The notes beneath the pieces were generated by a model. The model was not told the DNA's origin. It did not search any database and saw only the letters and a list, made by a program, of their open reading frames with translations. DNA of 32,000 nt from Candidatus Saccharimonadota bacterium. GTDB taxonomy: Bacteria; Patescibacteriota; Microgenomatia; UBA1406; GWC2-37-13. The stretch is taken from NCBI GenBank assembly GCA_001790095.1, contig MGBH01000001.1, positions 1,020,001-1,052,000 of the forward strand, written 5' to 3'. Shown here in pieces: positions 9,250-17,035 of this stretch. The position numbers were made by a program, and so were the translations under genes. Position 1 is the first letter of the stretch. The number at the start of each line of letters is the position of its first letter.

Positions 9250-10647
9250 TTAAAGGTTTTTTTTCATAAGTGAAAATTTCGATGGCTTGTCCTTAAAAAC
9301 ACCTCTCCCGTTGGAAACTTGACCGTGGTTTACATAACCCAACCCCTCAAAAAACCCCACTGATTCACCGGTTGCGTGCACATCCATACGGACACAACCT
9401 GCTTGTTTTGCATACTGCTCTGATCTTGTTAACAAAAGACCGCCGAGACCCTTACCTGTAAGATGACGACTTACGTGGATTCTTCTTCCGTCGGCAACGT
9501 CTCCTTCTTTCCGAACAATACGAAATCCAACAACGTCTCCATTGCTGTCAAGCAAAACAAGATTTGAAAGCTTGTTTGGTCTGTCACAAGTGTCGGCAAC
9601 TTTCTCCGGAGTATTTGCTGCAATATATTTTTCTAGCTCCTCAGCATTTTCTGGCTCCCTTAAGTATCTATAATTTGGAGCATTTCTAAAATTGTCGTGA
9701 GCCAAAGCACTCATACCCTCATAGTGGCTTGGAAGTGCATCAACCAGAAAATATACATCGTCTCCAACAATAATCAACTCCGCCCAGGTTCCAGTAAGCT
9801 TAAACCCCTCATCAAAAGGAAGCATATGCTCTCTTTGGAGAGTTTGAAACAAATCATTATCCCCCTGCACTATAGACATGAGTTTTTCTGAATCAAGCAC
9901 CCTTACTAAAACATCAAGTTCCCTGGGCACTCCCAAGAGGGTTGCAAATAAATCCATTTTTCTCTGATCGAATGATCCGTTGTCGTGACCAACTCCACCT
10001 ATTTCAACTATGTGGTTTTGAAGAATTTTGTGGGGCCATAACAAACCGCCAGGGGATCGTAAAAGTTGGACGTCTGAAAGAGACACCACATACTCATGTA
10101 CTTCCTCTTGAGTAAGAGGTGAAACGGTAAACTCAAGCGAAGAATTAACAACAAGACCTTCTTGAAGATCGTTACGCATCCCGGCCATGCTTGATGTTGC
10201 GCGGAACTGTCTTTGAGCGGTAAGAAGTTCTACCAAATCTTCTTCTACTTGCTCTCTGGTGAATCCATTTTCTCGCTTGTGAATCGTCCCTTCGGCAACT
10301 TCAAGCGTCACATCTGTTGCAAGAATAATTGTCGGCTCATGCGTCATGCTTCCCCCCTCCGCTACTTCAGGCTGAACGCCTATTTTCAATGCAGGTGAAA
10401 GCCCTGGCACCATATATTTGTGTTTGTGAGCGTCTTCATTCCATTGAGATTTAACCACGCCGACGTCAACAGGACAATCACCAACAAAAAAATGGGTAAG
10501 CTCTGCGTTAAGAAACTCCGCTTTTCTCGCGCCCGCTGCAAGATCAATATGTTTCACCCGCTCAAGCGCTTCTTGTGGTCGAGCAAGCGCAGATGCAAGA
10601 TTTCGTGGCCCCTCAGGTCCTACTAATTGTCTTAATTCTATACCCAT
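9250..10647 (-). CDS. fusion protein: unknown ~330-aa N-terminal domain + C-terminal GNAT N-acetyltransferase
   Basis: The C-terminal ~120 aa carry the GNAT motif A region (IHVSRHLTGKGLGGLLLTRSEQYAKQAGCVRMDVHA...FFEGLGY). I recognise no family in residues 1-330. Confidence 0.75.
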   Translation of the reverse strand: MGIELRQLVGPEGPRNLASALARPQEALERVKHIDLAAGARKAEFLNAELTHFFVGDCPVDVGVVKSQWNEDAHKHKYMVPGLSPALKIGVQPEVAEGGSMTHEPTIILATDVTLEVAEGTIHKRENGFTREQVEEDLVELLTAQRQFRATSSMAGMRNDLQEGLVVNSSLEFTVSPLTQEEVHEYVVSLSDVQLLRSPGGLLWPHKILQNHIVEIGGVGHDNGSFDQRKMDLFATLLGVPRELDVLVRVLDSEKLMSIVQGDNDLFQTLQREHMLPFDEGFKLTGTWAELIIVGDDVYFLVDALPSHYEGMSALAHDNFRNAPNYRYLREPENAEELEKYIAANTPEKVADTCDRPNKLSNLVLLDSNGDVVGFRIVRKEGDVADGRRIHVSRHLTGKGLGGLLLTRSEQYAKQAGCVRMDVHATGESVGFFEGLGYVNHGQVSNGRGVFKDKPSKFSLMKKNL

Positions 10648-10650
10648 AAC

Positions 10651-10674
10651 AAAAAATCCCGCGCTATGCGCGGG
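10651..10674 (-). terminator. terminator-like GC hairpin + U-run lying in the 5' leader of the GNAT-fusion gene
   Basis: The minus strand reads CCCGCGC-ATA-GCGCGGG (perfect 7-bp GC stem, 10658-10674), followed by TTTTTT (10656-10651), then GTT and the ATG at 10647. No gene ends here on either strand. Confidence 0.4.
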
Positions 10675-10788
10675 TGTAAATTTGAATAAACTTCTTTTTC
10701 TTATACCGTTCCATATTTAAGTATACAACTTCTCTTATTAAAATCAAGGGCTTTTATCAGGGGCGAACTTGTTACAATATGTCTATAT

Positions 10789-11955
10789 ATGTGTTTCTTT
10801 TTTGTTATTTGGCGGCTGTTTGATTTTTTAATTGCTTTTATTACCCCACGTTTTATTCCTTATCTTGGTTTTTTTCCCTATCGAGGTGTACTAAACCAAT
10901 ACCGTCTTCCTGATTTTTTGACAAATCTCGCAAGTTTTGACGGAGTTCACTATACACAGATTGCTGACAATGGATATGCGGTACATGAACAGGCGTTTTT
11001 CCCCTTTTATCCTTTATTTATAAAGGCAGTAACGTTTATAACCCACAACCGACTAGTATCTGGACTGCTTATTTCAAATATATTTTTTGCTTTGGGGTTT
11101 GTGTTATTTAAAAAATATTTGCATATCCTTACATTGAAAGATAATAAAATTATGTGGGTTTTGAGTTTTCTTCTTTTATTTCCCACCTCCTTTTTCTTTG
11201 GCGCCGTATATACTGAGGGGTTGTTTTTTTTCCTTGTTGTATCTTCTTTTTATTTTCTAAAGAAAAAAAATTACTTGCTTGCGGGGTTTGTGGCTGCCCT
11301 ATCTTCTGCAACAAGGCTTATGGGAGTTTTTTTAATTATTCCCTTTATTCTATCTCAAATCTTAAATGTCAAAAATCCCAACTTCGCCCTCCGAGTCAAA
11401 AAGCTTCGATGGGCGGGGCAAATATTGTTTGTGGTTTCGCCTCTTATTGGATTTATTTGTTATTCGATTTATTTGTGGAAAACAACCGGTGATCCTTTAT
11501 ATTTTTTTAGTGCACAACCGTCATTTGGAGCAAATAGATCAACACATCTTGTCTTTCTCCCTCAGGTATACTTTCGTTATTTAAAAATATTTGTAACAGC
11601 CGCTTGGAACTTCCAGTATTTTACTTCTCTTGTTGAGTTTGTTTTTTTCACCTTTATATTTATCGTTCTTATTTTAGATTTGTTAAAAACCGTCAAGTTT
11701 GTTGAGGGTTGGAAATTGAAAATTGAAAACCTTGATCGGCTCGCCCTTAATCTTTTTTCCATGATTAATCTTGTTTTACCCACCCTCACCGGCACCTTTT
11801 CATCTATTCCCAGATATGCGCTTTTGTCCCTTTCTTTGTTTCTGTATCTTGGAGAGATGAAGAACAAATTTGTAAGAATATCTGTGGCTGTTTTGTTTGC
11901 TTTCCTTCATGTGGTTCTTCTTGGTTTTTTTATCCAGGGTTATTTTGTGGGATAG
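10789..11955 (+). CDS. polytopic membrane glycosyltransferase, GT-C fold, PIG-V-like mannosyltransferase family
   Basis: About 10 predicted TM segments. The loop motif FDGVHYTQIADNGY...AFFPFYPL matches the WDxxxYxxIAxxGY...FFPLYP signature. Paralog of 23180..24361. Confidence 0.6.
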   Translation: MCFFFVIWRLFDFLIAFITPRFIPYLGFFPYRGVLNQYRLPDFLTNLASFDGVHYTQIADNGYAVHEQAFFPFYPLFIKAVTFITHNRLVSGLLISNIFFALGFVLFKKYLHILTLKDNKIMWVLSFLLLFPTSFFFGAVYTEGLFFFLVVSSFYFLKKKNYLLAGFVAALSSATRLMGVFLIIPFILSQILNVKNPNFALRVKKLRWAGQILFVVSPLIGFICYSIYLWKTTGDPLYFFSAQPSFGANRSTHLVFLPQVYFRYLKIFVTAAWNFQYFTSLVEFVFFTFIFIVLILDLLKTVKFVEGWKLKIENLDRLALNLFSMINLVLPTLTGTFSSIPRYALLSLSLFLYLGEMKNKFVRISVAVLFAFLHVVLLGFFIQGYFVG

Positions 11956-11969
11956 GGGGTGTTTGTGTG

Positions 11970-12042
11970 TGGACCCAAGGGGATTTGAACCCCTAATCTC
12001 TTCCATGCCATGGAAGCGCGATAGCCGTTACGCCATGGGCCC
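11970..12042 (-). tRNA. tRNA-Ala (anticodon GGC)
   Basis: The reverse complement folds as a 73-nt cloverleaf: GGGCCCA TG GCGT AACGGCTA TCGC G CTTCC ATGGCAT GGAAG AGATT AGGGG TTCAAAT CCCCT TGGGTCC A. The G3:U70 Ala identity pair is present. No encoded CCA. Confidence 0.8.
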
Positions 12043-12088
12043 TTCGTCACCTTAAGCTCCTCAGGATAAACCCCATATTATAGAATAT

Positions 12089-12388
12089 TTACTTACGTAT
12101 CTCAAACACCTCAAATATTTCACTTGGTTCTTGCCAATATACTTCAACGTCATCCACCCGAGCAACAGGTGGTCCTTGTTTAATAAGATCTATCATGTTG
12201 TTTACTTTTTCTTCGTCTCCTTGAATCAGAGCCTCTACGCCTCCTGATCTTCCAAATACGTGTTCTTTGTTAAACACGTTGCGAACCCATCCGTGTGCAC
12301 CATTTATCTTTGCTTGAATTTTAGTCCATGCACGAAAGCCAACCCCGATAACGTCTCCTTTTATATATGTGTGAGCCTGTTTTAGCAT
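12089..12388 (-). CDS. acyP: acylphosphatase
   Basis: YIKGDVIGVGFRAWTKIQAKINGAHGWVRN...GGVEALIQGDEEKV...GPPVARVDDVEV is the acylphosphatase signature. The ATG at 12388 (99 aa) is preferred over the TTG at 12403. Confidence 0.85.
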   Translation of the reverse strand: MLKQAHTYIKGDVIGVGFRAWTKIQAKINGAHGWVRNVFNKEHVFGRSGGVEALIQGDEEKVNNMIDLIKQGPPVARVDDVEVYWQEPSEIFEVFEIRK

Positions 12389-12408
12389 ATTAAAAAAGTC
12401 CAAATTCT

Positions 12409-12513
12409 AAATTACAAATCACAAACAAATTCCAACACCTAAGTCTCAAATCGTTTGAGGACTGAAGTTTGAATATTGTTTGGATTTTGTAATTTGTTTG
12501 AAATTTGTAATTT
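12409..12513. repeat. long imperfect inverted repeat (21 paired nt per arm) enclosing a second hairpin; contains three TTTGTAATTT-type motif copies
   Basis: Positions 12409-12419 pair with 12503-12513 (11 bp) and 12422-12431 pair with 12491-12500 (10 bp), split by a 2x2 internal loop. The inner hairpin at 12442-12463 has 9 bp, one bulge and loop TCG. TTTGTAATTTGT is a direct repeat at 12486-12497 and 12504-12515. Confidence 0.7.
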
Positions 12514-12521
12514 GTGATTAT

Positions 12522-12956
12522 TTATTTTAACGTTGGGTCAATTTCTTTTGCCTGTTTTAAATATTCTTCAGCTCTTGTGCTATTGCCTTCATTACCATAA
12601 AGGGCCGCGAGTCCGTAAAGTAAGTCTCGTGACTGTGGATTTTTTTGTAGCGCCTCTTCCATCTTCGTAATCTGTTTTTTACGCGCCTCTTCAACTGAAA
12701 ACACCTTTTTTTCTACCCCACCCCCATACTTGTTTTTAAAACGAATAAGCTCTTGATGAAAGATTGGAAGAGGTTTGATAGATGTAAGATACGAAACAAC
12801 CACATCCCTTTCCTCGTTAATAAAGCGAAAATAAAGCTCCGGGATAGTCTGGGAAAGAATAATATTCGCAATTAGGACAAGAGAAACGACCAAGGTCGTA
12901 GTGATACCTATGATTTTTTTTACTCTTTTTTTGTTTGTTTTATAAGTGGGTGACAT
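12522..12956 (-). CDS. membrane-anchored TPR-repeat protein
   Basis: From the ATG at 12956: basic N-terminus, one TM helix (IIGITTTLVVSLVLIANIIL), and a C-terminal TPR-like segment (ALQKNPQSRDLLYGLAALYGNEGNSTRAEEYLKQAKEIDP). Confidence 0.6.
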   Translation of the reverse strand: MSPTYKTNKKRVKKIIGITTTLVVSLVLIANIILSQTIPELYFRFINEERDVVVSYLTSIKPLPIFHQELIRFKNKYGGGVEKKVFSVEEARKKQITKMEEALQKNPQSRDLLYGLAALYGNEGNSTRAEEYLKQAKEIDPTLK

Positions 12957-12999
12957 TTTTGAGCTCCAATTACAGATATGGTTATTATATAATTTTTCT

Positions 13000-15354
13000 A
13001 TGGACCAAACCATCGTTCAAACATTGATTGACCGTACAATTACTCTTGGTCTTGCTCTTGCCGCTGCTGTTTTTGGCGCTCTTCTTACCTGGTTGTTTAT
13101 TTATCTTCTTTCAATCTTTCTTCGTTTGAAAAAAAGAGAGATTATGTCTCTTGAGATGATCACGCTTGAAGTAAAGTTGCAAAAAGACAATGAGATAAAG
13201 ATTGATGCTGCAGAACAGATGTTTGCTGCTCTAACCACTCTTAAAAAAGGCGGTTTTTTCTCTTTTTTAGACGTTGATGATGTTGTCGCATTTGAGATCG
13301 TTGGCCGTAAGGCTGATATTCGTTTTTATGTATCGATTCCCGCCAAGATTACAGATCTCATTGAAAAAACCATTTATGGATACTATCCTCAGGCTGATAT
13401 CGGTCGAGTCGATGAACCAAATATTTTTTCTGAGAGAGGTAAGGTTGCATACGGATCATTTGTCCAAAAGGATTTTCCCTATATGCCTATTAAAACGTAT
13501 AAAGATCTTCCAACCGATCCTCTTGCTGCTGTTACCTCCGCACTTTCAAAGATGGATGAGGGGGAGGGTGCGATCGTGCAGTTTCTTATTCGTCCCGCAA
13601 AACCAACATGGAAAAAGGCTGGTAAATCTTATGTTGCATCAACCAAAAAAAATGAGGCAAATCCTGAAAAAGCAACCTTTAAAACTGATCCCAAAATGCT
13701 TGAAAAGATCGATGATAAATGTTCTCGCTCTGGTTTTGAGACGACTATACGCTATGTGGTCTCTGCAAAAACCAGCGACCTTGCGGGGATTCATGCGCGA
13801 AACATATCTTCGGGTTTTTCACAGTTTAACTCTGATCTAAACTCCTTAAAAAAACCACGCCTCTGGTTTAAGGGTGCGTTTATGATCAACTTCATTTATA
13901 AGTTTTTTCCTGTTGTAGAGCCTTCGTTTTTCAAATCTGTTTCTGTATTCTCAACCGACGAGCTGGCAACACTTTTTCATTTTCCAAACAAAACCATCGA
14001 AACTCCCCACATCCAGTGGCTTAAAGCAAAGACCGCGCCTGTTGCGGCAGATGTACCAAGTAGTGGTGGTACTTTTATGGGATTTGGGTATTATCGAGGT
14101 GTCAAAAGGCCCGTACACATCGATCCAGCTGATCGCATGAGACATACCTATATCATTGGGAAAACCGGTGTTGGTAAATCAGAACTTCTCAAGGAAATGA
14201 TTAAACAAGACATACGCGCAGGTTATGGTGTGTGTGTTATGGATCCTCATGGAGACTTGATTGATGACACACTTCGTCACCTTCCACCAGAGCGGGCTGA
14301 AGACGTCATCTATTTTGATCCTTCAGACACAGAGCGACCAATGGGGCTCAATTTGCTTGAGGCAAAGACTGAAGAACAAAAACACTTTATTACAACAGCC
14401 ATCATCAACCTCATGTATAAGCTCTATGACCCCCAGAGAACAGGTATTATTGGCCCACGATTTGAGCACGCGGTACGTAACGCCATGCTTACCATCATGT
14501 GTGAGCCGGGTTCAACGTTTATTGAGATCGTTCGTATATTAACCGATCCAAAATACGTGCAAGAACTTCTCCCAAAGGTTCAAGACCCCATTGTTCGTCG
14601 TTACTGGACAGATCAAATTGCTCAGACCTCAGACTTCCACAAGTCAGAAGTTCTTGATTACATCGTCTCTAAGTTTGGTCGCTTTGTGACAAATAAAACC
14701 ATGAGAAACATCATTGGTCAATCAACCTCTGCTTTTGATTTTAGAAAGGTTATGGATGAGGGGAAAATCCTTCTTATCAACCTTTCAAAGGGAAAATTGG
14801 GAGAAGAAAACTCAAGCTTCTTAGGTCTTGTTATTATCCCAAAAATACTTATGTCTGCCATGAGTCGACAAGAGGTGTCTGAAGACAAACGCCGAGACTT
14901 TTATCTTTATGTTGATGAGTTTCAAAATTTTGCCACACCTGATTTTGCAGTTATTCTCTCAGAGGCCCGCAAATATCACCTTGCCCTAACTGTTGCAAAT
15001 CAGTTTATTGGACAAATGGATGAGGAGGTAAAAAACGCCGTCTTTGGTAATGTGGGAACGCTTATTTCCTTTCGTGTTGGTGTAACCGATGCTTCCTATA
15101 TTCAGCGTGAGTTTCAACCAATCTTCGGCGAATCTGACCTTATCAATGTTGAACGCTTCCATTCATATATGAAAACGATTGTAAGAAACGAGCCGGTTGC
15201 ACCGTTTTCCGTAGACATGACCAAAGACATGAAAAAACTTAAGGCCGAGTCAAGTGAAAAAATAGCCCAAGCTATTATTCAACTTTCCCGCCTCAAATAC
15301 GGTCGACCGAAAGAGCTTGTAGAGGCGGAGATTTCTCAACGCTCTCGCCTATAA
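13000..15354 (+). CDS. VirD4/TraD-like (type IV secretion coupling-protein family) membrane-anchored P-loop ATPase
   Basis: N-terminal TM helix. Walker A is IIGKTGVGKSELL (14158-14181), followed by VMDPHGDL. Walker B is FYLYVDEFQNF (DE at 14914-14919), followed by ARKYHLALTVANQ. The ATG at 13000 (MDQTIVQ) is preferred and is preceded by TATATAAT. Confidence 0.75.
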   Translation: MDQTIVQTLIDRTITLGLALAAAVFGALLTWLFIYLLSIFLRLKKREIMSLEMITLEVKLQKDNEIKIDAAEQMFAALTTLKKGGFFSFLDVDDVVAFEIVGRKADIRFYVSIPAKITDLIEKTIYGYYPQADIGRVDEPNIFSERGKVAYGSFVQKDFPYMPIKTYKDLPTDPLAAVTSALSKMDEGEGAIVQFLIRPAKPTWKKAGKSYVASTKKNEANPEKATFKTDPKMLEKIDDKCSRSGFETTIRYVVSAKTSDLAGIHARNISSGFSQFNSDLNSLKKPRLWFKGAFMINFIYKFFPVVEPSFFKSVSVFSTDELATLFHFPNKTIETPHIQWLKAKTAPVAADVPSSGGTFMGFGYYRGVKRPVHIDPADRMRHTYIIGKTGVGKSELLKEMIKQDIRAGYGVCVMDPHGDLIDDTLRHLPPERAEDVIYFDPSDTERPMGLNLLEAKTEEQKHFITTAIINLMYKLYDPQRTGIIGPRFEHAVRNAMLTIMCEPGSTFIEIVRILTDPKYVQELLPKVQDPIVRRYWTDQIAQTSDFHKSEVLDYIVSKFGRFVTNKTMRNIIGQSTSAFDFRKVMDEGKILLINLSKGKLGEENSSFLGLVIIPKILMSAMSRQEVSEDKRRDFYLYVDEFQNFATPDFAVILSEARKYHLALTVANQFIGQMDEEVKNAVFGNVGTLISFRVGVTDASYIQREFQPIFGESDLINVERFHSYMKTIVRNEPVAPFSVDMTKDMKKLKAESSEKIAQAIIQLSRLKYGRPKELVEAEISQRSRL

Positions 15355-15363
15355 TATACTATT

Positions 15364-16089
15364 ATGCTGCAAACCTACCAAACGACACTTATCAACATCC
15401 ACTCTTTCCCTGGAGGTGTCCTTTTACTTAAGTTTACTATTGAGGGTTCTCAAGAAATAGTCTTTTCCCCAGGTCAATATGTCGTTCTTACCATTCCACA
15501 CAAAGATGCGTTTGTGAAAAGACTTTATTCTATAGCGAGCTCTTCTTCTATAAACCAGTCTTTTGAACTTTTGGTTAAGTGTATTCCTGGCGGCATTGCC
15601 TCTCTTTATCTTTGTGGTTTAACCATTGGACAAAAGGTTGAGTTTCAGGGCCCAGCTGGTGTTTTCTGCTTATCCAATACCCCCCTTAGCAAGGTTTTCC
15701 TTGCAACGGGTACTGGGCTTGCTCCTGTCCGCAGCTTTCTCCTTTCTCATGAAAAACACACAGAGCACTACTATCTATTTTGGGGGCTCCCTTTATTTAA
15801 AGATGTTTATTTGTTTGATGAGTTAAAGAGCAGAGCGCAAAAAGACCCTCTTTTTCATATAAAGATTTGCCTTTCAAAAGAGGACTCGCTTGATTTTATA
15901 GATAAAAACGACCGGGTTTATTTTAGCCTCGGACATATAAACGACGCGGCTCGGGGGCTTGCCACTACCCAGCCTCAAAACAGCCTTGAATATTACTCCT
16001 GCGGGAGGCGTGAGATGGTTGAGTCTATGAGAGGGTTTTTAGAAAGCCAAAACATTGATAAAAAGCTCATTTTTTTTGAACGCTACTAA
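15364..16089 (+). CDS. ferredoxin-NADP reductase-like FAD/NAD(P)-binding oxidoreductase
   Basis: FAD motif RLYSIASS, NAD(P) motif LATGTGLAPVRSF, C-terminal YSCGRREMV. No Fe-S cysteine cluster. Confidence 0.75.
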   Translation: MLQTYQTTLINIHSFPGGVLLLKFTIEGSQEIVFSPGQYVVLTIPHKDAFVKRLYSIASSSSINQSFELLVKCIPGGIASLYLCGLTIGQKVEFQGPAGVFCLSNTPLSKVFLATGTGLAPVRSFLLSHEKHTEHYYLFWGLPLFKDVYLFDELKSRAQKDPLFHIKICLSKEDSLDFIDKNDRVYFSLGHINDAARGLATTQPQNSLEYYSCGRREMVESMRGFLESQNIDKKLIFFERY

Positions 16090-16146
16090 CCAGGTGTTTT
16101 AGTTCACTTGCATTTCTCCGTATAGTATGATATATTATAGGCTGTT

Positions 16147-17010
16147 ATGATAAATTACATCCCCCATTCTCTTATAAACGAATTCATTTCGTACCTAAAA
16201 AGCCAGGGCAAGTCTGCCTTTACCATCATTGCTTACAAGAAGGATCTTGAGCAGTTTGTTGGCTTTTTAACCACTAAAGAAAAAGCTGATATACGGGAGG
16301 TTAAAAAAGAAGACATTGATGGCTTTATAGCGAGACTTTTGAGCGACAACTATACCAAAAAATCTGCCTCTCGTAAGCTAAATTCTATTAGAACCTTTTT
16401 TCGCTATCTTAAAAATCAGAGAGTTATCGAACAAAACCCCTCACTTGACGTCTCTCACCCTAAATATACATCCACCCCCCCTCGCATACTAAGCAAGCTT
16501 GAGTATCATGCTTTGCGGGATTTTTCCAAAGACGATCCTCGAACCTATGCTCTTATCGAGATTCTCCTTCAAACAGGTATTAAGATAGGAGAGCTCTCAA
16601 GTATCCATCTTGAAGATGTGGGAGACAACCAGCTTGATATAAGACCATATGGGAAAAACCCAAAAAGAGAGGTTCCTCTTAATAAGTCTATTCGGAAAGC
16701 AATTGCAGACTATTTAAAAGTGAGAGGAAACAATGCAAAAGACAGCCATCTTTTTATTACACGAAGTGGTAAACCTATTCTTATTCGAAACATTAGACAG
16801 ATTATCAACCGTTGTTTTCGAGAAGTAGAGATAGAAAATGCAACTGTCAACGACCTTCGAAACACCTTTATCGCCCAGCAGCTTCTTAATGGTGCCTCTC
16901 TTGAATATATAGCTAAGATTGTTGGACATAAGCGCCTCTCCTCAACCGAGCGTTTTCTCAACCTCGTAAAAGAAGAGGTGAGGAAAAAAGAAAAACTTGG
17001 AGAGCTATAA
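16147..17010 (+). CDS. XerC/XerD-like tyrosine recombinase homolog with degenerate catalytic residues
   Basis: Full-length colinear match to the XerD architecture: N-terminal SAM-like domain with AYKKDLEQF and SASRKLNSIRTFFRYL, then the C-terminal catalytic fold. The active-site positions read K146 (Arg I), N235 (His), R238, N239, H261 and F270 (Tyr nucleophile). Confidence 0.8.
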   Translation: MINYIPHSLINEFISYLKSQGKSAFTIIAYKKDLEQFVGFLTTKEKADIREVKKEDIDGFIARLLSDNYTKKSASRKLNSIRTFFRYLKNQRVIEQNPSLDVSHPKYTSTPPRILSKLEYHALRDFSKDDPRTYALIEILLQTGIKIGELSSIHLEDVGDNQLDIRPYGKNPKREVPLNKSIRKAIADYLKVRGNNAKDSHLFITRSGKPILIRNIRQIINRCFREVEIENATVNDLRNTFIAQQLLNGASLEYIAKIVGHKRLSSTERFLNLVKEEVRKKEKLGEL

Positions 17011-17035
17011 AACCAGCGTCTTGTATAATAAAAAG

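Noticed and set aside
9250-10647. Impression that the GNAT-fusion gene is GC-richer than its surroundings, which would suggest horizontal transfer.
   Set aside because: Hand counts of 60-nt lines in this gene give 43-52% GC. Lines in DUF488 (47%) and guaC (up to 60%) are similar. The very AT-rich lines belong to membrane-protein genes. No compositional anomaly can be supported without a proper windowed calculation.
13274-13840. 188-aa ORF in the track, plus similar 60-126-aa ORFs such as 991..1287, 18930..19310, 20776..21054 and 29580..29909.
   Set aside because: Each lies wholly inside, or antisense to, a gene with clear family motifs (T4CP ATPase, PBP2, DnaA, AI-2E transporter, GT2). Their translations are low-complexity, Arg/Leu/Ser/Cys-rich and show no recognisable domains. 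I treat them as frame shadows.
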